Origin: Lentisphaeria bacterium
Lineage (GTDB): Bacteria > Verrucomicrobiota > Lentisphaeria > Victivallales > JAADHT01
Direction: 5' to 3'
Assembly (NCBI GenBank): GCA_015486135.1
Contig: WFSE01000153.1
Location: 1 to 37,804, forward strand
DNA: 37,804 bases
The notes below the pieces were generated by a model. It worked only from the letters and a program-made list of their open reading frames with translations. It made no database searches and was not told the DNA's origin. Position numbers and translations under genes: made by a program. Positions 1 through 8,870 of this stretch are shown here, piece by piece (position 1 is the stretch's first letter; each line of letters opens with the position of its first letter).

Positions 1-14
1 GCGTGGCGCGGGCC

Positions 15-2048
15 ATGGCGCTTGTTTTTTTTGTAGTCGTTTTCAGAGGCGAAGCCACGGCAGAAGGACCGACGCTAAAGCCGTTCGGGATTTTCCGGAA
101 TCATGCTGTCTTGCAGTGCGACCGAAGAGTTCCCGTATGGGGCGTGGGTGTTCCCGGTGCGGAAATCTCGGTTTCCTTCGCGGGGCAGATAAAACATACC
201 ACGGTCGATGTGGATGGGCACTGGAAGATCGAGCTCGACCCCATGCCGGCGTCCCGGGAGGGGAGGGCGCTCACCATTAAATCTTCCTCCGGCGGGGCTA
301 TGAAAGCGGAGGACGTGTTAGTCGGGGAAGTGTGGATATGCGCTGGGCAATCCGATATGGAATGGCCTATGTGCAAATTTCTGGATGCCAAGCGGGAGGA
401 GAAAGTCGCTAAAAATCCTGAAATAAGATTTTTCAAAGTCCCCCATGCCAGCGCTCCGAACCCATTGAACAGTCTTCTTCCAGAGCGCTGGGAGGTTTGC
501 TTGCCTGGTACGGTGGGGCGTTGTTCCGCGATAGCTTATTTCTTTGCCAGGGAGCTGTTGAGGGATGATCCGTCTGTTCCAATAGGTATAGTGGTCATTG
601 CCTGGGGAGGTATGCCACTGGAATCGTGGATGAGTGAGGACACGCTCAAGTCTAGGCCTAAACTTTATGCGGAGATACGGAAAACGCGCGGGGGACTTCT
701 TGCGTCGCATGTTATGGGAATATCCAAGGCTCAGCAAAAGGCGTATGAAAAAGCGCTCGCGAAGTGGAGGGCCGCTGTCGGCTCGGCGGAGGTGTATTCG
801 GACCCTCCAATGAAGCCCGGGGAACTAGCTAACGTTAATCCCGAGCTGGACGATTCGGATTGGGGGAAAATCTCTCTGCCAGGGGCGTGGGAGTCAAAGG
901 GGCTGAAGATTGACGGGGTGGTGTGGTTCCGAAAGACAGTGAATCTTCCATTTGTATGGCAAGGCAAGGAGCTGATATTATCTCTTGGCACCGTGGACGA
1001 TTTTGACCGGACTTTTTGGAATGGAGTCGAAGTTGGAGCCACGGGCGAGGGTACGCCCGACGCTTGGAGAACGCCCAGACTATACAAGGTGCCGGGCAAG
1101 TTGGTAAAAGAGGGCGGGAACGTTATTGCGGTGCGCGTGTTCGATAATTACGGGGGGGGAGGATTCACTGGGGAGAGCCGAGCCATGTTCGTTGTTGTGG
1201 ACGGCGAAAACGAAACAAGGTTGCCGTTGTCCGGCAAGTGGCGTTTCAGGGTGACTTTGCCTCTTCCCGAAAAACCGCTTTCGCCCTCGGAAAAAAATGC
1301 GGGAATGAGCCTCCTGCCATCCGGACTTTTCAACGCCATGCTCCATCCATTGACTCCAATGGCTTTCATGGGGATTGTGTGGTGTCAGGGGGATGTCGAT
1401 ACGCATACGAAGAGTGGGGGGGGGAGACTGTACGGAACGCTTTTCCAAGATATGATAAAATGCTGGAGGAATGCTTGGGGCGTAGGCGATTTCCCTTTTT
1501 ATTTTGTCCAACTGACAAGCTTAAGAAATTCCCGGGAGAAATCGTTTTTCGATGACGCTTGGGCCGCATTAAGGGAGTTCCAAGCTGCCGCCCTCATGCT
1601 TCCCAACACTGGTATGGTGGTTGCGAGCGATATTGGAGAGTTGGATGATCTTATCTCAAAAAACAAGCGGGAAGTAGGTAGGCGTTTGGCGTTGTTGGTT
1701 AGGAGGCGCCTCCGCGGCCGCGCCGTTGTGGATTCCGGTCCCATTTTCGAGTCCATGCGGGTGGATGGGAAAGCGATCATAGTGAAATTCAAAAATACGG
1801 GGGGTGGGCTCCGGATTGAAGGCGGGAATGTCAAACTCGCGGGATTTGCGGTGGCTGGAGTGAATAAAGAGTTCCACCAGGCCGATGCCGCGATTATCTC
1901 AAAAAACGAAGTTGAACTTTCATCGCCGCGAGTGCCGTGGCCAGTAGCGGTGCGCTATGCTTGGCCCATAAACCCGAAAGGCAACCTGATGGGTGGTACG
2001 GGATTGCCGACACGCCCTTTCAGGACGGACGAATGGAGCCCCCATTGA
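15..2048 (+). CDS. Secreted sialate O-acetylesterase-like esterase (SGNH/DUF303-type)
   Basis: ORF 3..2048 (GTG at 3; first ATG at 15, followed by hydrophobic signal-peptide-like MALVFFVVVF). The motif ICAGQSDMEWPM resembles the GQSNM catalytic-serine block of sialate 9-O-acetylesterases. The N-terminus may start upstream of the window edge. Confidence 0.7.
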   Translation: MALVFFVVVFRGEATAEGPTLKPFGIFRNHAVLQCDRRVPVWGVGVPGAEISVSFAGQIKHTTVDVDGHWKIELDPMPASREGRALTIKSSSGGAMKAEDVLVGEVWICAGQSDMEWPMCKFLDAKREEKVAKNPEIRFFKVPHASAPNPLNSLLPERWEVCLPGTVGRCSAIAYFFARELLRDDPSVPIGIVVIAWGGMPLESWMSEDTLKSRPKLYAEIRKTRGGLLASHVMGISKAQQKAYEKALAKWRAAVGSAEVYSDPPMKPGELANVNPELDDSDWGKISLPGAWESKGLKIDGVVWFRKTVNLPFVWQGKELILSLGTVDDFDRTFWNGVEVGATGEGTPDAWRTPRLYKVPGKLVKEGGNVIAVRVFDNYGGGGFTGESRAMFVVVDGENETRLPLSGKWRFRVTLPLPEKPLSPSEKNAGMSLLPSGLFNAMLHPLTPMAFMGIVWCQGDVDTHTKSGGGRLYGTLFQDMIKCWRNAWGVGDFPFYFVQLTSLRNSREKSFFDDAWAALREFQAAALMLPNTGMVVASDIGELDDLISKNKREVGRRLALLVRRRLRGRAVVDSGPIFESMRVDGKAIIVKFKNTGGGLRIEGGNVKLAGFAVAGVNKEFHQADAAIISKNEVELSSPRVPWPVAVRYAWPINPKGNLMGGTGLPTRPFRTDEWSPH

Positions 2049-2050
2049 CA

Positions 2051-2123
2051 ATATTCAGCAAGCCTTAAAAATGCATTAACCCAATGAAAATTAAGCACTT
2101 GCCAATTATTCAGTGAGCCCTAG
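2051..2123. repeat. Short (truncated) copy of the MITE-like intergenic repeat family A
   Basis: The sequence aaaaatgcattaacccaatgaaaattaaGCACTTGCCAATTATTCAGtgagccctag is the reverse complement of the left end of the 15961 copy (CTGAATAATTGGCAAGTGCcttattgtcattgggttaaatgccttttt). It is flanked by attcagcaagcc on the left and attcagtgagcc on the right. Confidence 0.7.
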
Positions 2124-2133
2124 TTGGCTATTC

Positions 2134-2820
2134 CTATTCCTGGATATTGGCCAAAATATATTTCACCGCGTCTTCCGCGCTATCCACAAGTGTGAATAAA
2201 TCCAAATCCTCCGGGGAAATCTTATTTTTTTCAAGAAGGGTGTGTTTGAACCAATCGACCACTGGTTCCCAAAAATCGTTGCTGACAAGAACCATTGGAA
2301 TTGGCTCGATTTTTTCCGTTTGGACAAGTGTTATCGCTTCGAATATCTCATCCATTGTGCCAAATCCCCCTGGAAAGGCTACGACCGCTTTCGAGTATTT
2401 AAGAAAATTCACTTTTCTTATGAAAAAGTAACGGAAGTCGATAGTGGTGGTGAGATAGGGGTTTGCCTGTTGTTCCATGGGAAGCTTGATATTCAAGCCG
2501 ACAGAGGCTCCGTTGGCCTCGAAGGCGCCTTTATTGACGGCTTCCATAATCCCGGGGCCACCTCCGGTTAGGGCGCCAAAGCCGTTTTCAACCAGCAAGC
2601 GCCCCATTTTAACGGCTTCTTCGTATTCGGGGTGTTTGGGTTGTGTTCTTGCCGACCCGAAAACGGTTATTAGAGGGCCTTGTTGCGACATGACCTCGAA
2701 CGATTCGACGAATTCCGCCATGATGCGGAAGATTCTCCAAGGATCTTCCGCGCGTACGTCCCGAAACAACGCCTCGCTATGCTCGAGACATGCTTTAGGA
2801 ATGTTGTTTTTCTTTTCCAT
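2134..2820 (-). CDS. LOG family protein (cytokinin riboside 5-prime-monophosphate phosphoribohydrolase-like, TIGR00730 type)
   Basis: ORF 2134..2907 carries the LOG signature blocks GGGPGIMEA and PGGFGTMDE. The start is placed at the ATG at 2818-2820 (MEKKNN...), preceded by GGAGG 10 nt upstream. The upstream in-frame ATGs have no RBS. Confidence 0.85.
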   Translation of the reverse strand: MEKKNNIPKACLEHSEALFRDVRAEDPWRIFRIMAEFVESFEVMSQQGPLITVFGSARTQPKHPEYEEAVKMGRLLVENGFGALTGGGPGIMEAVNKGAFEANGASVGLNIKLPMEQQANPYLTTTIDFRYFFIRKVNFLKYSKAVVAFPGGFGTMDEIFEAITLVQTEKIEPIPMVLVSNDFWEPVVDWFKHTLLEKNKISPEDLDLFTLVDSAEDAVKYILANIQE

Positions 2821-2925
2821 TGAGTTGAAGCCTCCTAAATAATTGCCAAGTACTCCCATCAGGTTAAGCCTGTTTCGAGAGGAGTCAAGGTCTGGCTTTC
2901 CTCGCAAACCAGAATTAGGGCGTTC

Positions 2926-3065
2926 GCAGAATTGGCAAATGCCTCAAATCGCTAGTCAGTTCCAAGGGTTTTGGGAGATTTGCTGCCAAAACCTTGGAGA
3001 TGACACCGCTAAAAAGGAATTTAACACTATGAAAATAACGCACTTGCCAATTATTCAGTAGGGCC
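2926..3065. repeat. Full-length (~140 bp) copy of MITE-like repeat family A
   Basis: The span gcagaattggcaaatgcc...ccaagggttttgggagatttgctgccaaaaccttggagatgacacc...gaaaataacGCACTTGCCAATTATTCAGtagggcc aligns along its length with the reverse complement of the 15961..16100 copy. It has terminal inverted repeats and an internal palindrome (ttgggag...ctcccaa). A further partial TIR (gaattattgg) lies at 3066-3076. Confidence 0.75.
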
Positions 3066-3165
3066 GAATTATTGGTGTGGCTGGAGCCAGTCCCGCCGTG
3101 GTTTAGCTGAGGGGATTGACACACGTTTCTAGCTTATTCAGCAAGCTCCGATTGCGCTAAAAATC

Positions 3166-4854
3166 CTATCGAAGCATATAGGCCGAAACCTTACGTTTTA
3201 TTTTTGGACAGGTTTTTATGGCTTTTTGCGCATATTGGTACGCTTTCTCGTATTCACCCACCCAGTCGTACAGGATGGCTATTCCGAGAAATTCTTCCGC
3301 GGCGTTTTGTTGCATCTCTTCCTTGGTGACGTTGGCGGCGCCATTGGAATGGACTCGTTGATTCGCGTAGAAATTGAAGAACTGCTCGTAGAACGGAATG
3401 GCGATATCATCCCATTTGTATCTTTTCCCTCTACGATGTCCTTTGCGGAGGACGAGGAAGTTGGAATTACCCATGGCGATGGTGCCAGTGCGCTTGATGA
3501 CTTTTCCATCGTCTCTTCTGGAACGTACGAGAATGCCTTTAGGATACGGATTGCGTTCCAGCATCCTAATCACATGTTCCTTAATGTCTTGAATGGTTTT
3601 GTAGCGCAATTCCTCTACTTTGCGTCTGTTTTCCGGGAGGGACGCCAAGTGGGCGTCTAGCTCCGCGCCCCGACAGCGGAGGCCGACAAGTTTGGGGCGA
3701 TTTGGGAAATTTTTTTCTCGGTCCGCAATGAATTCCTCCAAGGTGGATGTGGCCAAATCTTTTGGAGGTAATATACATTTTTTAGCCAGCAACGGTTCCA
3801 ATCCGTCCATTTTCTTAAAGCCGCCTTCCACCCACTGCTGCCATTTTTTCGCTGCCTGGCCCCAACGAGCCAAGTTAGGGGTGTTGGTGAGGAACTTCGC
3901 ATTGCCTTGGATATTGTTTATGTAGCAGACGAGGGTGTTTTTATCGAGTTTCTTTGCGTTGGCGAGTTCCACGACAAACATTCCAACGCACGTTTCCATC
4001 CACAGGGCGGCATCCTTGCCAGTGGCTTGGAACAATTGGTCCGCTGTTATCGACTTGCTACCGGCGAGATAGTCCAAAGCCAGCCTGGCGGGGGCGTTGT
4101 CGTCGCCTGTCAATTTGATTTTCCAGTCCGCTGCTAGTTTTTGGGCGCTGACAATATCATCTTTCAGATAGAGGTCGAGTACGTCTGCCACGGCCTGAAG
4201 TCGCTTTTTCCGGTCGTCTACGACGGGGCCGTGTTTCTGTTGTTTTATTCCGTGGCTGGCTATCGTTGGCTCTAGTGTTTTAGGGTCGCCTTGCCCGCGG
4301 ATCAACCAAGCGTTCCAAGTTGGAACGCGGTTCAACCAAGCTGACGCCCAAGTGTCGGCCTCGCAACCAGACAGGGCATCGCGGTATGCGCGGAAACAGG
4401 CGATTAGTGTCTTGGGGGGGGAGTCGTTTGATATCGCAATCAGGAATTTCGCTAGTTTTCCTACCGCTTTCCACTCCTTGTCCGCATCAGCCAATGCCTC
4501 GTTGAGGTGCGCTTCGTCGCATTCTCCCGCTAGAAATTCGGCGAGTACCGCTGCGTACGCACATTGCCCCTCGTCTGGAATCGCTCCAGCTAGAATCGAA
4601 CACTTGTCTTTGGCGTCGTCGCCCCCTTCCAGAAAATAGGAAAAGGCGAGCAGGGCGTACGCCTTGGCGCGCAACTCGATTGGAACGTCGGAATTTCCTG
4701 CCAATTCACTGGCTTTGCCTCCGAGATCGGAGGGGTTTCCAGCAGAAATTGCCTTGGCCAATGGCGCCAATTCCGCATCGGCGGACTTCACGGGAAGACA
4801 CCACCACGACAGCGCCACGGTGGCGACAACGATGAATATTCGTCTCGCGATCAT
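3166..4854 (-). CDS. Hypothetical secreted protein (no recognisable family), ~562 aa
   Basis: ORF 3166..4890. The start is placed at the ATG at 4852-4854 (MIARRIFIVVATVALSWWCLPVKSADA, a classic signal peptide). The protein is Ala/Leu/Lys-rich and probably alpha-helical; I recognise no catalytic motif. Confidence 0.6.
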   Translation of the reverse strand: MIARRIFIVVATVALSWWCLPVKSADAELAPLAKAISAGNPSDLGGKASELAGNSDVPIELRAKAYALLAFSYFLEGGDDAKDKCSILAGAIPDEGQCAYAAVLAEFLAGECDEAHLNEALADADKEWKAVGKLAKFLIAISNDSPPKTLIACFRAYRDALSGCEADTWASAWLNRVPTWNAWLIRGQGDPKTLEPTIASHGIKQQKHGPVVDDRKKRLQAVADVLDLYLKDDIVSAQKLAADWKIKLTGDDNAPARLALDYLAGSKSITADQLFQATGKDAALWMETCVGMFVVELANAKKLDKNTLVCYINNIQGNAKFLTNTPNLARWGQAAKKWQQWVEGGFKKMDGLEPLLAKKCILPPKDLATSTLEEFIADREKNFPNRPKLVGLRCRGAELDAHLASLPENRRKVEELRYKTIQDIKEHVIRMLERNPYPKGILVRSRRDDGKVIKRTGTIAMGNSNFLVLRKGHRRGKRYKWDDIAIPFYEQFFNFYANQRVHSNGAANVTKEEMQQNAAEEFLGIAILYDWVGEYEKAYQYAQKAIKTCPKIKRKVSAYMLR

Positions 4855-4924
4855 ATCCTGATTTTTCCTATTATCTATCCTACAACGCACTCTTCGTTAC
4901 TCGTACAACAGCATGCGCACATTG

Positions 4925-6181
4925 TCAATGGGGTGTTTTGTTTTTTTTGTCATTTTTAGCGATTTGCGGGGATCGCATTAGTTTTTCCACGGATTGTGGG
5001 GGGATCTTGCCGATGGAAAGCGTATTGTTTTGCAAAGCTAATGAGGCGGCGATTCCCGCTATTTGCCCAGTTGTGGCAGCGGCGGGTATAGAGCGCGCCG
5101 CTTCCCATGCGTCGCCGTTTTTCGCCGAGACGCATCTTCCCGCGACGAGGATACCGTCCAAGCGTTCTGGAATCAGCGCTCCCAGTGGCATTTCCCAAAC
5201 GATGCCGCGCCGTTTCCAGTCTGGAATGAAAGCAACTCGGTCTTGTCGATTTTTCGTGCCGTCCATAGTGGCGAGGCCTTTGATTCTTCTCGTGGTACGT
5301 AGTTGTGGTAGGGTGGGTAGCGCCAAGGGGAAGTTGCGGGGAGAGGTGTCTTGAGGTTGTTTTGAGTTTAAATACCGTTGCATGATGAGCCGTCTTGTCT
5401 CCCGAGCGGATTCGGAGACGATTTTGCCGTCGATTCCACGCCACGCCGGGATGGAGAAATTGGGTTCGGTGGAGCTGGAATCGGCTCCGAGTCGAACCAT
5501 TTTAGCGAGGAGTTCCGGAGCGTTCAGGGAGGCGGCCTTGCGAGCCGAGTCGAGGGATGCCTCCAGAAACCACGGCGACAATTCGCTTTGTCCATCAACC
5601 ATAGCGCATCCGGCGGCTCTCGCGACATCCGCGTCGCCAGTAGCATCCACGATAATTTTGGCCGACAATATTCCATTTCCGCTTTTGTTGAAGGCCTTTA
5701 CTCCCCGCGTGGTATTGTTTTCGACGATTGTTTCCGTGGCGACTGTGTCGTACCAGACATCCACTCCAGCCTGGTCCAGTATGGATTCCAGGGCCAGCGC
5801 GAAAGTCGCGGGGGAGAATTCGGAAGCGAATCGGCATATTTTCCTTTTGGCCTTGGAGTTCTCTTTGTTTTTCTTCCTCCAATTTGGGGGGATGACACCG
5901 GGGCCAAGATTCACTGCGGCATTGAAAAACTCCTCCGCGATACCGCCGAGCACCTGGTTGCCTTCACCATCGCAGAGCGGGAGGAACACGTTGACTAGTC
6001 CCAGTGTCGCCAGCCCTCCCGGCAGTATGGTTTTTTCAAGGAGAACAACATCCCATCCAGAACGGGCGCATTGCACAGCAGCTGCAATCCCCGCGACACC
6101 TCCTCCGACAACGAGGATGTCGGCTACGCGTTCGAAAGCTGGATTAGCGTTTTCTGTTCTATTGTTTTTTCCCGCACTCAT
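4925..6181 (-). CDS. FAD-dependent oxidoreductase (PF12831-like)
   Basis: N-terminal Rossmann dinucleotide fold ILVVGGGVAGIAAAVQCARSGWDVVLLEK and a C-terminal GRCVSA...DAWEAARSIPAAATTGQIAGIAASLA block typical of the FAD_oxidored family. The start ATG overlaps the stop of the upstream kinase gene (ATGA). Confidence 0.75.
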   Translation of the reverse strand: MSAGKNNRTENANPAFERVADILVVGGGVAGIAAAVQCARSGWDVVLLEKTILPGGLATLGLVNVFLPLCDGEGNQVLGGIAEEFFNAAVNLGPGVIPPNWRKKNKENSKAKRKICRFASEFSPATFALALESILDQAGVDVWYDTVATETIVENNTTRGVKAFNKSGNGILSAKIIVDATGDADVARAAGCAMVDGQSELSPWFLEASLDSARKAASLNAPELLAKMVRLGADSSSTEPNFSIPAWRGIDGKIVSESARETRRLIMQRYLNSKQPQDTSPRNFPLALPTLPQLRTTRRIKGLATMDGTKNRQDRVAFIPDWKRRGIVWEMPLGALIPERLDGILVAGRCVSAKNGDAWEAARSIPAAATTGQIAGIAASLALQNNTLSIGKIPPQSVEKLMRSPQIAKNDKKNKTPH

Positions 6182-7161
6182 CTTTCTCTTCTCCAGACTT
6201 GTTTAGCCTTGGCGGTGGACGGGGCGTTGTACGGAGGTGACAGTGCCTTTAGAACATCGCTCATTGACTGAAATCGATCCGACGGGGCTTTCGCCAGCAT
6301 TCCCGCCAAGGTGTTTTGAACGCCCAACGGCAAGGAGGGTTCCAAGAGAACGGGCGCTATTGGATCGTTGTTTTTTATAGCCGATTTAATTTCATCTAAA
6401 TTTGTGCCATGGAAAGGTTTAATGCCCGTTATCAGTTCATATGCCACGATGCCTAGCGAGAAGATGTCGGAACGATGGTCTTTGGTTTTTCCATGGTCGA
6501 ATGCCTCAGGAGCCATATACGCGGGGGACCCGAGCGCATCCAGCATTGTCCGGGAGTTGGATTCCGCGATCTCCGCTACTCCGAAATCGTCAAGTTTTGC
6601 GGTCCCGTCGTTGGAGACGAGTATATTCCCGGGTTTCACATCTCTGTGCACTATCCCATGCGAATGGACCGCCTCCAAGGCGGAGGCAACCTGTCTCACA
6701 ATGGATATTTTCCAGTCCTGGGTTTTCTTTTCCAAGTCCGGAAACGTGTTGAGAGGATATCCCGACACGAATTCCATCACTAGGAATGGAACACCATCGT
6801 TGGTGGGGGGGGAAATTCCGTATTCCACTATTTCAACAACATTCGGGTGGTGTATCGATGACAGTATTTGAGCTTCGCGGATGAATCGTTGTATTTCATC
6901 GCTGGAATCGTTCCTTCCCGAATCTATTTTCCGGGCAAGTTTCATGGCGAATCGCCGCTTGTCTTTCTCGACAAGTAACACTACTCCCATGCTTCCAGCT
7001 CCCAAGGCTCTCACCACGGAGAATCCTGAGATTTTCGAAGCGCTCGGGGCGTTTCCCGAGGGGGTGATATCGCCTTCGGCAATGGAGGGCGAGAAGCCCT
7101 CCGTAGCTTCCAAACTCACTGGAGTTATATCCCGCGGGGTTTTGGGGTAGTTGTTTTCCAT
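6178..7161 (-). CDS. Eukaryotic-like Ser/Thr protein kinase (kinase domain only)
   Basis: Contains the Gly-rich loop LGAGSMGVV, the AMK lysine, the catalytic loop HRDVKPGNILV, DFG (DDFGVA) and APE (YMAPE). There is no transmembrane or sensor domain. A 4-bp ATGA overlap couples it to the downstream FAD oxidoreductase. Confidence 0.85.
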   Translation of the reverse strand: MENNYPKTPRDITPVSLEATEGFSPSIAEGDITPSGNAPSASKISGFSVVRALGAGSMGVVLLVEKDKRRFAMKLARKIDSGRNDSSDEIQRFIREAQILSSIHHPNVVEIVEYGISPPTNDGVPFLVMEFVSGYPLNTFPDLEKKTQDWKISIVRQVASALEAVHSHGIVHRDVKPGNILVSNDGTAKLDDFGVAEIAESNSRTMLDALGSPAYMAPEAFDHGKTKDHRSDIFSLGIVAYELITGIKPFHGTNLDEIKSAIKNNDPIAPVLLEPSLPLGVQNTLAGMLAKAPSDRFQSMSDVLKALSPPYNAPSTAKAKQVWRRER

Positions 7162-7234
7162 GTTTTGAGGATTGGAGATGGCTCGGGTATGGCGCCGTAC
7201 TGAATACAGAGGGACGGCACCACCTTTATTTTAT

Positions 7235-7317
7235 TGGTGCGCGGGGCGGGATTCGAACCCGCACCCCGAAGGACTGGATCCTAAATCCAGCGCGTCTGCC
7301 AGTTTCGCCACCCGCGC
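7235..7317 (-). tRNA. tRNA-Leu (anticodon UAG), 83 nt with encoded CCA
   Basis: The reverse complement reads GCGCGGGTGGCGAAACTGGCAGACGCGCTGGATTTAGGATCCAGTCCTTCGGGGTGCGGGTTCGAATCCCGCCCCGCGCACCA. Features: 7-bp acceptor stem GCGCGGG/CCCGCGC; anticodon stem CTGGA/TCCAG with loop TTTAGGA (anticodon TAG); long variable arm typical of tRNA-Leu; T-arm GCGGG-TTCGAAT-CCCGC. Confidence 0.85.
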
Positions 7318-7343
7318 GGGGGTTGGTGAATATAGCGCGTTTT

Positions 7344-8843
7344 TCAATTTTTTTCAGCTGTCTTTTTAGATGCTTTTTTCGACGTTTCCGCAGGGGGGGC
7401 TTTTGGCCTCGTCTCCTGGATTTTTCCCAGATAGTCGGGCAGGTCCACGCCAGCCATGCTCGCCACGTCGTGCAGCGGGGGCAGGCTTTGCACCATTCCG
7501 CTAAGGAAATTGGCGGTGGAGGTTTTGCCGTCTCCTTTTGCTCCATCCCAGACGGTGACCTTGTCGATCTTGATATTTCTTATCGCCTCCGTCTGCAGTT
7601 TGACAATCTCCTCGAGCTTCTCGATCATGAGCATTTTCGCCGCCGCGTCGGAGTCGGCGTCGCATGCGGATATAATCTCCTTGAAACCGGTTCCTTTTGC
7701 CTTCAGTATTTCGAAATTACCTCGGGCCTGGGCATCCAACTTGGCGAATATCGCGTCGGCTTCCCCTTTCGCTTCGCGGCGTCTTTTTTCGGCCTCCGCC
7801 TCGGCGGCGATCTCGACTTCTTGTTTCGAGATGGTGGCGGACACGATCCGCTCCGCGTTTAACCGCTGGCGCTCCATTTCCGCCCTGGCGATTTGAGCTT
7901 CTTTCTCGGCGTCATAGTTCGCCTTTTCGATTTGGGCGGCCGCGACACGGTTGGCGGTTTCCGCTTTTCTGTAGGCTTCCGCCTCGGCCTCGGAGCGCGC
8001 GGCGTTGGAGTTAGCTATCTCGATAGCGGAGAGGTTTTCCCCTTCCACCGCGGCGGCTTCGGCTTGTTTGACGGCGATACGGCGTTGGCTGTCGGCTTCG
8101 GCCTCCCCCTGCTGGGCGACGGCGTCGGCGCTGGCGACGGCTATCCGCTGTTCCTTTTTCGCCTCGGCTTCCCCGGTTTTACCTTTCCGTTCTTCTTCGG
8201 CCACGTCGATGGCGGCTTGGTTGATCGCTTCCGCCGCCGCCTTTCTTCCTATCGCCTCTATATAACCCGACTCATCGGTTATGTCGGTGATGTTCACGTT
8301 CAGGAGCTGTAGGCCTACCTTGTTGAGTTCCTCTCCGACGTTTTGTTCGACATTGCGCAGGAAGGTCTCTCGGTCGGTGTTGATCTGCTCGATGGTCATG
8401 GACGCGATGACCAGTCGCAACTGTCCGAAGATGATGTCCTTGGCGAGTTCGGAGATGGCCTCGGGATGCAGCCCGAACAGACGATTCGCCGCGTTCGCCA
8501 TTATTTCCGGCTCGGTGCTGATGCCTACGGTGAAGACCGAGGGAACGTTGATGCGGATGTTTTGGAGACACAGCGCGTTGTCAAGATTGACCTCGATCTG
8601 AAGCGGTCGTAGGGAAAGGAAACCGTAATCCTGGGTGACAGGAATAATAAACGCCGCGCCGCCGTGTATGCATTTCGACGCTTTGACCCCGCCGGTTTTA
8701 CCGTATATGACCATTATCCGGTCGGACGGACATCTTTTGTAACGCGCCGCGATGAATAGAATCAAGCTGAAGACGATTATGATAACGGCCACTATCACGC
8801 CGATTGTGCCGCCCCCGATACCCACAACACCAATGCTATCCAT
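7344..8843 (-). CDS. Flotillin-like SPFH/band-7 protein (YqiK/FloT type) with long Ala/Glu-rich coiled-coil tail
   Basis: Single N-terminal TM (IGVIVAVIIIVFSLILFIAA), an SPFH domain, then an extended EA/AE coiled-coil (EAEAKKEQRIAVASADAVAQQGEAEAD...). An RBS AAAAGGAGG lies upstream. Confidence 0.8.
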   Translation of the reverse strand: MDSIGVVGIGGGTIGVIVAVIIIVFSLILFIAARYKRCPSDRIMVIYGKTGGVKASKCIHGGAAFIIPVTQDYGFLSLRPLQIEVNLDNALCLQNIRINVPSVFTVGISTEPEIMANAANRLFGLHPEAISELAKDIIFGQLRLVIASMTIEQINTDRETFLRNVEQNVGEELNKVGLQLLNVNITDITDESGYIEAIGRKAAAEAINQAAIDVAEEERKGKTGEAEAKKEQRIAVASADAVAQQGEAEADSQRRIAVKQAEAAAVEGENLSAIEIANSNAARSEAEAEAYRKAETANRVAAAQIEKANYDAEKEAQIARAEMERQRLNAERIVSATISKQEVEIAAEAEAEKRRREAKGEADAIFAKLDAQARGNFEILKAKGTGFKEIISACDADSDAAAKMLMIEKLEEIVKLQTEAIRNIKIDKVTVWDGAKGDGKTSTANFLSGMVQSLPPLHDVASMAGVDLPDYLGKIQETRPKAPPAETSKKASKKTAEKN

Positions 8844-8870
8844 TTTCGCCTCCTTTTAACCTGCGCTAGT

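Noticed and set aside
2915-3124. 69-aa ORF (minus) and the 80-aa ORF at 15844..16086 (plus) whose products share LNNWQV.Y.H.VK.LF.GVISK.L.A.LPK.LE
   Set aside because: Both are read straight across copies of the MITE-like repeat. The peptide similarity is a by-product of the DNA repeat. There is no RBS, and the conserved feature is the inverted-repeat DNA, not a reading frame.
7161-7317. Genomic island integrated at the tRNA-Leu 3-prime end
   Set aside because: There is no integrase, excisionase or phage gene downstream. I could not find a direct repeat of the tRNA 3-prime end in 1..7234 by eye. This is kept only as a weak possibility inside the STK/oxidoreductase finding.
7172-7546. ORFs 7172..7369 (+) and 7226..7546 (-) overlapping the tRNA-Leu
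   Set aside because: The region folds into a canonical 83-nt tRNA with encoded CCA. The ORFs are artefacts.
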